Shown here: piece by piece, positions 51,993 through 64,000 of the stretch
How positions within the stretch are numbered: position 1 is the stretch's first letter
Layout of the letters: each line of letters starts with the position of its first letter
From: Selaginella moellendorffii
Lineage: Eukaryota > Plantae > Lycopodiophyta
DNA length: 64,000 bases
Direction: 5' to 3'
Assembly: GCF_000143415.4 (NCBI RefSeq)
Contig: NW_003314310.1
Coordinates: 986,611-1,050,610, forward strand
Notes under the pieces: generated by a model
What the model saw: only the letters and a program-made list of their open reading frames with translations
What the model was told of the DNA's origin: nothing
The model's database searches: none
Translations under genes and position numbers: made by a program

Positions 51993-54915
51993 ATGGACGA
52001 GGAATTGGCTAAGGTGCAGGCTCAAATCGCGCGTCTTGAGCCGCAGATCCAAGCGGCTGGGGAATCTTTTCTCTTTGCCTTTGAGAGTGGCAATCAATTT
52101 CTGGCGAAATATTGGCAGAAAAAGGAAGAGCAGCTGCGGAAGAAAAAATTACAGCTGTGGAAGAAGGAACTCCTCCTCCTCAAATCTAATTGTAAGTCAT
52201 TCTTTGTGGGCGTTTTGCTGTGTGTTGTGGATTATGTGTGGTTCCATTGGCTACTTTCGGCCATGGTTAAGGATTTTGCCAGAGGTAGCTTCAATTCGCT
52301 TTTATTTTGGGTTGGTGGAAGTGTGGCTATGGTGGCTTTTGGCTGTGCTGCCGGTGGACGCATGCTCCCTTGTGCATCCTTGGTCGTCCTTGTATGGCTA
52401 TGGCTGTTGAGACCCTGGTTTTTTCTTCTAGATCTAATACTAACTTTGTTTTGTTCTGAATGTTGCAGTGCTTAGAAATATGAACTAGTGAAGTCCATGT
52501 AAACAAGCACCCTAGATTGCATGATGTGTGTAAGGCTATATGGAGTATCGGCCCGTGAGAAGAAGTATGGTATGTGCCAGTCTCGAGGCTCGGCTCCTTG
52601 CAAGTGCCTCTCGAGAGCCACTGGGCGGTATGAAGTAGACCCGAGCACCGCTTGTCCATCGCCACCACCTTTCATCACTGCTGAGACGTGTTCCGCTAGA
52701 TCAGAGGCAGGATTTCCTGGGAGTCTCGTATTTCCCGAACAAGCTGCTCCAGCCGGATATGGTGTCGCCCCTGGACAAGTGCCTGAATATGTGCAAGGCA
52801 AACTGCTCCTGTGCCGCGGTCTTCTATAGCAAGAACTCGAGCGGCTGCTACTTCGTCAAGGACATCCTGGGAAGCTTGGACTTTGATGCCACTGCTGCGG
52901 TGCAGTACTCCGCTCATCTCAAGCTCGAGAGTGGCAGCATTGTCCTGAAGCCTGGATGCTACTTTATCTAGTTGGGTGTCTTCTCTTTGGGATGACTGGT
53001 AGCCTGACACTAGAGTTTGCTCAGTTCTGCTCACAAGTCTGTGCGTTCCTCCAAAGCCCCCTTGTTTGCTTTTCATGTCTGTCTTGTGTTTTACTTGGTC
53101 ATTCCCCGATGCCTTCGCCTCTCAGATCTGTGTTGCGAAATCCCTGACCATAACCACACATGGAAGAGATGACTAACCGAGAAGGAGCTCTTTCTCCTCT
53201 CCCGCAGCAGCCTCTCTTTCACCCGGAGCAGCAGCAACTCTTTATCCTGGAGCGGAATCTGTTTCTTTCTTTCTGTGTGGATATCTGGTAATCTCCGCAT
53301 CCTTGTGGTCATTCTCACCCCTGTTTGCCATTTGGCTGTGTTTAATTCTGTGGCCATTCCTCCATAAACTATATTGTGCCTCTCACAGCACCAGCGCCAG
53401 CAGCGGGACTTCCTCCAGCCGATTTTTATGTGCCTGGTAAGAATGATGTCTAGGGGACTGAATGCCATGACTGGACAAGCCATGCGACTTTTCGGGAGCT
53501 CCATATTCCCGCTTTCTGTGGCTATCAAACATACATGTACATGGGTCGCTCACCCTTCAAGGAGATAGAAAGTTTCGTATCGGCCTTGAGACACGGCGCT
53601 TCGGATAATGACAACAAACCTCCAGGTATTATTATTGGAACTCCGGGGTCTGGGAAGACCACTGTTCTTGCTACTGTGGCTGGATATCTTCGGCACCTTT
53701 GGAAGAACACCTCCAAGAAGGTCGTCTTTATCAATGGCGAAGATTTCATTGACAATCCCTTGTGGACAATGTGGCTGGCTCTTTTACTGAGCTACATAGA
53801 CGACCTTCCAGCTGAGCTTTCGTGCCGGGGGCGGACCTTGGAAGCATTAGAATCTTGGATCCTGTCGAGATCGTCAGAGCAGCTTTACTTTCTGGTGGAC
53901 GAGGCCAACGCGTTTGACACCACGCTGAAGAGAGAACCGGGGGCTGCCAGCGCGAAAAAAAGAGACGACGCTTACCATTTTATGAAGAATATGCAACTGC
54001 AGCACGTCGTTGTCTACTGCTCAAGTACGTGGACGAGCAGATTAGTGAGCGACAAAAGCCAGGTGGTTACAACGTAAGTGGCGACTACTTTCCAACACTG
54101 GTGTGGGGCTAACTTGTGTGCTTTTCCTTTTATCCAACAGGCTGAGGAACTGCAGGCATATTGCGAACACGAGGTTCGTCGTGCCGGGGGGCTCCAAGTG
54201 GAGGTGAGCATCGTATTTACCGTGTCTTCTTTTAAAGCCTACTAATGGTTTGGAGTAGGAGGATCCGATTGTGGCGTATTGCAGGCTTGCCACAAGGCAA
54301 GGCCACCGAGAGTTGATCCGACAAATTCAGCTCCTCCTCAGATCCATCAACCTGCTTCATCGCGTCGGTAAGCCACACATTCACACATTTCATTTACCTT
54401 AATGCGTTTGCTCGGAATTCAAAAGTGAGACCGGCTGGGTTCCCAGGCTTGTTCGCTCATTACGGGACCTGGAAGCTAGGGACCACGTACCAGATGTACG
54501 AAGCTGGCCTGGGAGAGTATATCCAAGAGGCGGTCAAGGACCCAGATCGCTGGAATTCCTTCATCGCTGTGGTCAGCAGAGTGGAAACGATTAGAGCGGT
54601 GTTACCAGACGCGCTAGACACTCGATGTTTTTACGTGGATCCAGAGACACAAACAGGAAAATGTCCATCAGATTCTCTGTGCGCGCGCACTATGGCGACT
54701 CTGCAGTACGCGTCTGACGTTGAGGCTAGGATGGGTATCGGCCAATGGACAAGGCTGATCTCGCAGGATGACAACAGTGCTCGGGTTGGGTGGAACGCAA
54801 TAATGGCAACTCTCATTTTCATCAAACACTATGGTATCGTTATTACCGCGGAAGGTCTGCAGCTTAACTTTAAACCTGAAGTGGTTGTCAGATTCGAACC
54901 CCAACTTCTGTTTGG
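51993..54915 (+). pseudogene. Crinkler-like gene copy 4 (longest): header + P-loop NTPase + start of a REase-like C-terminus
   Basis: YMYMGR..GIIIGTPGSGKTTVL (Walker A)..LYFLVDEANAF (Walker B), then NSARVGWNAIMATLIFI..GI..KPEVVVRF. In-frame TAG at ~53450; 3' end truncated by an LTR element. Confidence 0.7.
52475..52950 (+). pseudogene. S-domain (G-type lectin) receptor EGF + PAN/apple fragment inserted in CR copy 4
   Basis: YGMCQ..CKCL..C..C and LDKCLNMCKANCSCAAVFY..SSGCYFV..LGSL..HLKL. Absent from copies 1-3 at the same position. Confidence 0.75.
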
Positions 54916-54919
54916 ATCC

Positions 54920-56810
54920 TATGATCCCCCCCCCATCCTTCGTGGGGTACAACACACCTCAGTCCAAATGCTTCCATCAGTCCTTTTAGGACCATTTTTT
55001 GACTCTACTTAAGTCATCCAGCAGTTTTAGACTTGATTAATTCACAGACCTATAAGGTCCCACTTGTGAAGCACTAGCTCACTGGAATACACTTCCTGCA
55101 TTCCTGTCCTACTTAGAAGGACTATTTTCACAAGTGTTATTCTGACACTTGTTTTTGTTCTCTAGGGCAACTTCTGCCCCTTAGAACTACTTGTCCATGT
55201 GATGAGAATACCAACTCATCTTTAAGTACACCCCCCAACTCTTTGGGTTGTTCTAACATTTATTAAAGGTAGCCCCGGCTACCATTTCAAGGGCTGGTGT
55301 CCTCTTCTGTATTTGACATCCCACAGTCAACAATTTTAGTCTCGAATTTATGAGTACCAGCCTCAACCATATAAGGGTAATCTTGTGACTCCTTTATTGT
55401 TTTGGAGTCTGCATCTTCCCCGTGATCCCAATTGTAGTTGTTTACCACAACTACATTAGCAAGTTTGTTAAGTCAAACGCTCATCTGGATCACATCCTCA
55501 ACTCTCTGAAGAAACCCTTATACTATTCCCAAGATCCCAAAGTCATTCCATTATTGGCCCCTTTTCTATCCAGCACATTGCACCCAAGTTCACGCATGAA
55601 CTTGAGTGGAGAGCCATGTCCTCTCGACATGCTACTCCTCAAGGATAGGCCCACTCCTAGGACTTTCTGATGCCAATATCAATGGTGTTATACTTGAGCA
55701 CCAATAAAAGTCGGACTAAAGAACAACTCCGATACTAAGTTGTAAGTGACTAAATTTTCCATTTTACTTTAGTCACTTAACCGCACCTCCGACCACTTGG
55801 AGGAGTCTCACTCACAACCTCCGTAAGTCCTATTTTGGACCTGGGCTTACTAGCCCCGAGAATGGCATCCCCGCCACTCAACTTCGTGCACTTGGTCCAA
55901 GTGCTCCACGTGTCCGATCCCATGACTGACACCCCAAGGTACCACCAACATATCAGCCTGTTACGCTAAGGCCATGCCCATTCACCTTGGTCACAACGAT
56001 GGTCTGACACCATCTGCATCCCAATCCCATCACTTAAAGACTGGGCCATCCATCCATGAGTGATCATCCCAAATCCACTCCTTAGCATCCTTAGGATGCC
56101 CACCGACATGGGGATTAGCCTTCCCCAATATCTCCGTTCCAATCCCCACTAAGTCCCTTTTCGTCCATGGCCGTGTTTGCCAACACTGCCACTGGATCGA
56201 GGCCCACAGGCCCGACCACTAAGTCCCACGGTCCACTGGGACTTCCTCACCACACGACTGTGTCCTTGGTCACTACCCCAGAGGACTGCTCCTCTTCCTT
56301 TCCACAGTCTGAGCCTTTGGGACAACATTTCGGAACACCGTGGCCTTACGCGAGCCACCTGGGTACTCTCCCCGCCTTCCGCCCTTGGGTGCTCTAGCCA
56401 TGGGCTTAGAGCGAGGTTCCGTTGAGCCACGCCTGGTATCCAAGTAGGTAGTGCCACCCACACTTGGACTGGGAGCATCGGCCAGTCGATCTCCCGGGGG
56501 AACTAGAGCCGGCTCTTGAACACTTCACCAAGCTACCCCGCTTGTCGGTCTGTGTTCACTCTAGTCTTGGACTTCCCAGTGGTCAGCTCATCACCCAACA
56601 CTGGGTCTGGCCTTCCTGGGCCAAACTGGCCTTTCCTAGCCAAACTGGCTCCACTGGGCTCCAACCCCCACACTCTCCCTACTATACTTTTGGAAACCCC
56701 CGCCCTGGGGGACGATCGCTTTGGGCTTTCACCCAACTGCCTGTATTAGTATTCGGACTCGGACTCGGACTCGGTCTCGGTCTCGGTCCCGAATTCGGAC
56801 TCGGACTCAA

Positions 56811-56842
<32 letters not shown>

Positions 56843-57527
56843 CCGGTCTCGGTTCCATCTCGGACTCCATCTTGGGTCCATCTCAGACTCCATCTCGGGT
56901 CCATCTCGGACTCCATCTCGGGTCCATCTCGGACTCCATCTCGGGTCCATCTCGGACTCCATCTCGGGTCTATCTCGGGTCCATCTCGGACTCCATCTCA
57001 GGTCCATCTCGGACTCCATCTCGGGTCCATCTCGGGTCCATCTCGGACTCCATCTCGGGTCCATCTCGGACTCCATATCGGACTCCACTTCGGGTCCATC
57101 TCGGACTCCATCTCGGACTCCATATCGGACTCCACTTCGGGTCCATCTCGGACTCCATATTGGACTCCATCTCAGACTCCACTTCGGCCTCTACTTCGGG
57201 TCCATCTCGGACTCCACTTCGGGTCCATCTCGGACTCCACTTCGGGTCCATCTTGGACTCCAACTCGGGTCCGCCTCGGACTCCATGTCGGACACTTCCA
57301 CGTGTCATGTGTTGGTCCTTTTTGGGTCCCTTTTTGGAGCCTTGCTTATTGGTTGCCTCGTGCTTGCTCCTCGAGCACTTTGTTGGGAGTTCCACTCCCG
57401 CTCTCAACCTTCCAAGTCGGAGCTTTTAGTCCAAACGTGTTATGCTCGTTTGGCTTTCGCTTCGGCCACTACCACGTGGCACCCTTTCCAGCTCCACTTT
57501 GGGGGCCTAGGGATTTTGTGTCTCACA
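54920..57527 (-). mobile_element. Truncated family-B LTR element: 5' LTR 55741-57527 plus decayed internal region
   Basis: LTR homologous to 29306-31170. PBS remnant (ctccgatacta) at ~55729-55738. Tandem array at 56750-57295. Confidence 0.8.
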
Positions 57528-57929
57528 CAAATTTGGACACTTTCCATAAATAGCATTTGGGACCGAAATGAGACTAACACAAAAGGCATGATAGCGAGGG
57601 TTTTTGGTAGGCACGGTAAGCTATTATCCAGCGATATTGAGGGACTAATCTCAATACGCGAGGGTTCTTGTCAAGCCAGTGCAAGACAGAGCAAAAGAGA
57701 ACTAAAAAGCCAGGCCAAGTATGTTTGGCTAAATAGACACTTAGGAATTCCGTCCTTATGCTCATCCGGCCAAGTACAGATGCAAAGTCCAGTTTACTAA
57801 CACTTGAACAAGAGGGGCTGGCAAAGGGTCTAGCAATACTGACCTCCTGCCATCATGGCAGTAAGGAAAGAGTGTCCGTAAGGACTGGTCGACAGGTAAC
57901 TTTCGATACCCGAAGTCACATTCGCGACA
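57528..57929 (-). mobile_element. Partial LTR of family A
   Basis: Matches 39612-40014 and ends in cgcgaca. Confidence 0.9.
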
Positions 57930-60900
57930 ATTCCTGATAGCACCCCCTCGGATTGAAGATCATTTCTGATCGCATTCATCAAGGAGGAGTCCTGAGGGGC
58001 CAGAGAAATTGCCATAACTTGAAGCCGATCAGGACCGAGGATAACTTGATCATGTTGATTGAAGGCAGGATTACCAGGCCTGAGACTGAGATAGGACCGC
58101 CTTGAAAGAGCATCAGGAAGGCCTTGAAACTTTCTAGGTCTGTACTTGATAACAAAGTCAAACCGACTCAAGAATTGTGCCCACCTTGCTTGACGACGGC
58201 TCAAAACTCAGGAAGTGGCAAAGCACTCAAGATTTTTGTGATCCGTCCAGACCATTGTTTGATGGCCCGCCCCCTCCAAGAAACGACACCACTCTCCAAA
58301 GGAATCCACGATGGCAAGAAGCTCCTTGTCATGGATTTCGTAATTGATCTCCGCAGGTTGGAATTTCTGATAATGGAAGGCGACTGGATGAAATTCTTGA
58401 TCCGCTCCGAGTTGAAACAACACAGCACTGATGGCAAAGTCAGACACATCAGCCTCGATGAAGAAAGGTTGTGAGGGATCAGTGTGGATCAAGACAAGAG
58501 CAAAACTGAAGGCCGCCTTGAGTGTGTCGAAGGCCTGCTGGGCAGCAGCAGACCAAGAGAAGGGAACATCCTTGTGAGTGAGATGCGTGAGAGGAAGGAC
58601 AATGTCAGAGTAGTGATCAATGAATTTGCAATAGGAATTGGCGAAGCCAAGGAAAACCTGAACATCCGACATTGATTGTGGAGGCTCCCATTCGAGAATA
58701 ATCTTGACTTTGGCAGGATCCATCGTGATACCCTCAAGAGTGACAATGTACCCAAGGAACTCCACAGACTCCTGATCGAAGGAACATTTCTCAAGCTTCG
58801 CATATAAGCCATGTTCCCGCAGCTTTGCCAACACCTTGCGCACATGCTCGTCGTGCTCCTCCTGAGTTTTTGAGTAGATGAGGATGTCATCAAGGTAGAC
58901 GATCACCATCTGATCAAGAAACTCCCGAAAGACGTTGTTTGCCATGTGTTGGAAAATTGTTGGAGCATTTGTCAAGCCAAATGGCATAACGGTGTATTCG
59001 AAGTGGCCATATGTAAGCCACAAATTTTTCCTTTCCAATTTGCCAGCTTACCTCGCCTATCCGTCCAACACCGCCTTGGCTTTTGCTAAGTTCCCTTGCC
59101 AAGGTTCTCGCCTATGGTACCAGCTCCTACTTGGTCTCAGCTACTCACTGCACGAGCAACGGAGTGTTAGCCACCATCCACGGATTCCCAAATCACTCCC
59201 AATCCCCCTCCCCGGGTTAGACTGGACTTAAGGTTCGGCTACACTCCCCGCAAGCACAAGCAGCCAAGCACACCAAGCTTCCAGGTTCCTAACATCCTTT
59301 GGTACCACAAGACTTGATCATGGGACCCTCTAAATCCCAAGTCTTGAGTGCAACACTTGCTTCGGGACGCCGGGGCGAAACACCGTGGCCTAGCGGCCCG
59401 GTATGGGTACCTCTCGCCCCCCACTTCCATCCCGAAGGAAGGCCCAAGCCCCTAGGAAGGGCGAGGACCAATGAGCCGCATGGTACTCAAGTGGGGCACC
59501 ACTCCACTTGAGCCGGGAGCACCGCAATCGGTTTCCCTTTCGGGAGTGGGAGCTGCTCTTGAGCACTTCCTTGGATGGCCCCTCCGGCACCAACCAAGTC
59601 CATGCTCACTCCCACCCAAGGCCCCTCGGTCCCAGTCCCAACCTCAAGTCAGTTTGGGAGCCCCACTGGAGAGTCCCTTCTAAACTGGTTCCTGGACCTC
59701 ACTATCCCTACCATACTTTTGGAACCCCCTACAGCCCCCCCCCCCCCCTGGGAGACGCACGCTTTGGGCTTTCACCCCTTGACCCGTATTAGTATTTGGA
59801 CTTAGTCTCTGGCTCGATCTCGGACCCGATTTCGGATCCGACTTCGGATTCGGGTTCGGACTCGATCTCGGACTCGATCTCGGACCCGATCTCGTACCCG
59901 ACCTCGGACTCGACCTCGAACTCGGTCTCGGACCCGATTTCGGATCTCGGACTCCGTCTCGAACTCAGTCTCGAACTCGGACTCGAACTCGGTCCCCGAG
60001 TCGGTCTCGGACTCGATTCCGGACTCGATCTCGAACTCGGTCCTAGAGTCGGTCTTGGACTCGATCTTTGACTTGGTCCCATCCGATGAACTCTTTGTCA
60101 TTTTGGTCATGCTTTCGGGGTTCCTTTAGCCTACGACACCTCGGCGAGTTGGTTCCTTACACCATAGCGGGTTCGGAACGCAGTCTTCCATTCATTACTA
60201 GGCCGGATCTGGATCAGGTTGTATGCTCCACAGAGGTCGATCTTGGTGAAGAAGCAGGCACCGCTGAGGCGTTCCAATATGTCTGAGATCAGGGGCAGTG
60301 GATAACGGTTCCGAACAATCACCTTGTTCAAACCTCGGTAGTCGATGACTAGCCGCAAACTCCCATCCTTCTTCTTGACAAAGAAGACAGGCACTTCAGT
60401 CGGGGACTGCGAATGCTGAATGTACCCCGAGGCAAGGTTCTCATCCACGTATTCTTTGAGGGCCTTAAGCTCGGACGGGGATAACCCATAGATAGGCCCC
60501 CACGGAGGTGATGCTCCTTCCTGTAAATCAATGGGACAGTCATAAGGCTGATGAACAGGCAGTACACTAGCTTTTTTCTTGTCAAACACATCCCCAAAAT
60601 CATGATACTTCTCAGGAACACTGACAGGAGAAACATGCAAAGCAAAAAAGGAAAATAGATTCTTCATGAAGAAGTTCTTTCATAGTGATTGTGGAGATAG
60701 GAGGAGGTGTACAACTAAATGGAATGATGAGACGAGGATACTGTCCAGTGTAATATGGAAGAGAGGAAAAAGAAGAGGGTGAAAACTTCGTAGAGTCAGG
60801 AATAGAACCCCAATTTAAGTTTAAGGAACTTTTCCTGATTCGGACTCGATGAACAGCAGGGGAAGCCATGGGAGATGATGATGTGGGAGAGACGAGCTGT

Positions 60901-62305
60901 AATTCCTTCCAATAGATCTGAGGCTGATGTAGTTGGAACCAAGGGAGGCCAAGCACCACAGAGAAGGACTTGTTGTTGATGATGTTGAAGGCGATATCGG
61001 TGACGGTGGACCCGATGTGTACTTGAAAGGGCAACATTTCCCTAAGTCCAGAAGATGGAAACACAAAATGCCTGCCGATGCCTTCAACCCTCAGATCCCG
61101 TATGGTAGGAGAAAGAGGAACGTGATGTCAGGCAGCAAAGTTCGTGTCCATGAAGCAGGAAGTTGCACCCGAGTCCAGTAGTGCCAGAGCCTTGAGTCCT
61201 GATTGTCCGGTGAAAGAAAGGAGACATAGGATGCGGAAGTTGCGGGAATTGGTGGTGGCTTTGATGAAAGGTGGTGAAGAGCTTGATAAAGAAGAAAAGT
61301 GATTTTTATTTGGGGAGTCCAAACAGACAGCTCCTACTTTGTTTGGACAGGGTCGTTTCCCAATTGCAACAGAGATGGACTTTGAGGCAGAGTGAACTCG
61401 AGCAATCGGGGAGGCTTCTTGGGACACACAGTTGCTTTGTGATTAGGATCAGCATAGTAGAGGCAAAGATTATGAGATATTCGACGTTGCTTCTCAGCAG
61501 GACTCAACTTCCCTCTGATGAGTCGGGGAGTACCAGAAATATCCATCGGGACCGGAGTAGTAGGTCCAGGAGTATGCTCTGAAGACTCAAGCTGGGATTC
61601 CTGAGTCTGGGACGGGAAAACGGCGGCACGGTGACTTTTCTGATGACGTTCAAAGAGACGATTGTCGCATCAAACAGCTTTGTTGATGGCGTCCGACAAG
61701 TCCGTGGGATCCTCCATGGTGAGCAACAAATCCTTGACACCGTTGTTGAGGCTGAAACGAAATTGATCAATCAAGGCCTGCTCATCCTATTGAGTGTCCA
61801 AGGCAAGGAGTTGGAACTCTGCAGCATAGATCGAGGCAGGACGAGACCCTTGAGAGAGACGTCTCATCTTTGTGGTGGCAGCCCGAACCCGATCCGTCTC
61901 GCCAAAACATGCTTCGAGCTTCTCTTTGAACAATTGAAAATCCATCAGCTCCAGAACCACGACCCCTTTCATGCTCTTCTCCAGGAGAGGAGAAAACCAT
62001 GACAAAGTTGCACCTTCGAGCAACATCCCAATCGCACCAATTTGAGACTCGGGAGTGGGGTACCGCCGATGTTAAAGTCCGAAGATCAGCTCCATCTGGT
62101 TCAGGAATCCACGAAGCTCTGAACGCTTCCCTAAAAATTTTGCCGGGAAACTCACCTTCGGTTTAGGAACTTTGTTGGATCCTTGAGCCGAAAGTGAAGC
62201 AAGCTCCTGTTGCATGCGAAGAAGGGTCGCCTTCAGCTCAATATTCTCAGACTGGATTTTTGCAAGGACTTCGGCAAAGAAATCAGGATGGCTTGGAAAC
62301 TCCAT
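57930..62305 (-). pseudogene. Ty3/Gypsy (Tcn1/Tf1-like chromovirus) gag-pol, frameshifted, integrase region lost
   Basis: gag PAKFLGKRSELRGFL..LLEGATLSWF; protease ALLDSGATSCF; RT FFVKKKDGSLRLVIDYRGLN, FTKIDL, MPFGLTNAP, YLDDILIYS; RNase H DKELLAIV..TDHKNL. Confidence 0.95.
59012..60161. mobile_element. Solo LTR, family C, inserted in the RT coding region
   Basis: TGTAAG..CTTACA with TSD CCATA (59007-11, 60162-66). Splits FRTRYG|HFEY. Internal tcggac/tcga array at ~59805-60068. Confidence 0.92.
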
Positions 62306-62404
62306 TGGAAAAGAAGAAAGAAAAAAGGGGGAAAAAATGCAAAGGCAGTCAAACAATCAAAACAAGCTAAAGCAAAAAACGAAAAAACACAATCTAAATC
62401 AAAC

Positions 62405-62791
62405 TATCAAGACCCCTAACAAGATCAAGACTGGAAAATGCAAAAGACAAAGAGAAAAGCTAGTGAATAACGAAGAAGAGGCCTTAGACTAGTGTTGATT
62501 CAGATTGTAGAGAAATGGAACAAAGCTAACTTATATATACTATAGGTTGATGAAGCTCCACCACTTTTGGATCGAGGACGGCCCAAATATAGTTGAGGTT
62601 GAGGAGGCGTCACATCATCATCAGGAATGTGGCTCGAGACTCAGGAATCGTATGGGAAATCGAGAGTCAGGAATAGGGAAGTGTTTTGAGAGTCAGGAAT
62701 AGGGAAGTGTCTCGAGAGTCAGGAATGTGGTCTGCAGGTCAAGAATCTGGCGAGAGTCAGGAATGTGGCAAGAATTGGGGGATTTCTGACA
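62405..62791 (-). mobile_element. 5' LTR of the Gypsy element (approximate), with gagtcaggaat tandem repeats
   Basis: Minus strand TGTCAG...TTGATA (decayed TTGACA). TATA at ~62530-62538. Adjacent self-complementary PBS at 62389-62402. Confidence 0.65.
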
Positions 62792-62810
62792 ACAATAAAA
62801 GGAGTGATCA

Positions 62811-63215
62811 ATGTAAGCTCCTAAGTTTAGACTTTCCAGGGGTGACAATAAAAGGAGTGATTAAGTGTAAGTTCCTGAGTTTGGAATTCCCAGGAGGTCA
62901 CCTAACCTAGTACTATTCAAACCTAAGAACGTTTAACTCAAGTATCCCAAAACCTTTAACTAATTTGAAAAAGGGGTGCACTTTTTTTAAGGGCGTTTTC
63001 CCTTTATATTTGAATCCTATGTATCATTTTTCAAATCGTTCTTTTTGGTTGCTTATAATCCACCACGCTTCCATGTAATTTCATGCCTTCATGAATGGAA
63101 GCTGAAAGCCATAGCTCAACTCAAGAGTTTATATTTGGTATCAGAGAGGTCTTGGGTCCGACTTTATTGATTGGCTAAAAGAATTGCACTAGATATTGAT
63201 TGACATCAGGTAAGT
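62811..63215 (-). mobile_element. Rearranged Cassandra TRIM remnant
   Basis: LTR 62866-63057 has the 5S-like caggaggtcacctaacctagtacta. An internal part is inverted, putting PBS tggtatcagag on the + strand at ~63136. Confidence 0.75.
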
Positions 63216-63857
63216 TTAATTTACTTTTTAATTATTTATAATTAATGATGAAGACACCATTAACTTTGTAGCTCCCTATGCCAATTCACCTATCAACCCC
63301 ACAATAGAACCTACACTTAGTTTGTGGCCATCTACCATATAGCTTAACATGATTGTAATTTAGGGCATTTTGTCATTCTAGATACCACCTCATAAATCAG
63401 AATTCTGCAGGCAAGGAAATTCATTGCTCCATTTTTCCAAAGGACAAAGATGACACCTAGTGTCTAAAGCACTACTCATGCCAAAAATTCTAACCTATGC
63501 CTCTTATACCATGTGAAGAGAAGCTAGCCTCTCCACCTAACACTCTGCAGAAAGAGAAAACTCCAAGAACAAGCAGCTCTCACAAAACAGCAAAAAGAGG
63601 TAAGAACGTTAAATTGAAGAAATGTGACTCAAGCCATGTGGCTGACTCTATGGTGGCTGCCACATTCTCTACTTCATAGAGTCTGCCACATTCTCTACTT
63701 TGGTGGTAGGAAGACCAACTGTAAAATAGAAGCCACTAAAACAAACAAAATTGTGGCTAAGTTTTCACATTTTGTCTCTTTATCGTGCTATCGTTACGGT
63801 TTTAGGGCAAAGCCCACCACCAACCTAGGTTTTCACGATAGGGTTTCAATTAACGAA

Positions 63858-64000
63858 ATGGACGAGGAATTGGCTAAGGTGCAGGCTCAAATCGGGCGTC
63901 TTGAGCCGCAGATCCAAGCGGCTGGGGAATCTTTTCTCTCTGCCTTTGAGAGTGGCAATCAATCTCTGGTGAAATATTGGCAGAAGAAGGAAGAGCAGCT
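63858..64000 (+). CDS. Crinkler-like gene copy 5, first exon (runs off the window)
   Basis: atggacgaggaattggctaaggtgcag.. = MDEELAKVQAQIGRLEPQIQAAGESFL.. Confidence 0.65.
   Translation, partial: MDEELAKVQAQIGRLEPQIQAAGESFLSAFESGNQSLVKYWQKKEEQ

Overview
Eukaryotic plant DNA made up almost entirely of transposons and nested insertions. The ~50-nt GT-AG introns, PLS-type PPR fragment, Crinkler-like family and Tcn1/Tf1-like Gypsy suggest a lycophyte such as Selaginella (inference only). Layout: (1) 1817-7422, an 11-exon gene of ~1636 codons with two in-frame stops. It reads as ParB-like domain + degenerate beta-class amino-methyltransferase-like fold + acidic linker + FCP1/NIF HAD phosphatase. 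The gene and its flanks carry at least 12 copies of a fixed-spacer palindrome, ATGGCRTG-N6-CAYGCCAT, many inside its own tiny introns. (2) Two young, full-length but non-coding LTR elements of one family (9046-16296 +, 38866-46155 -), older decayed copies, Cassandra TRIMs and a dead Helitron Rep fragment. (3) Five ~3-kb tandem copies of a Crinkler-like coiled-coil/P-loop NTPase pseudogene. (4) A 10.2-kb TIR element (25649-35815, TAT..ATA ends) inserted in that array, with an IS3EU-like DDE integrase and a HECT E3-ligase-like gene. (5) A non-autonomous Helitron (38465-48511) carrying PPR and RCL1 fragments. (6) A decayed Gypsy gag-pol with a self-priming-type PBS and nested LTRs. All domain calls come from motif recognition by eye; no database search was run.
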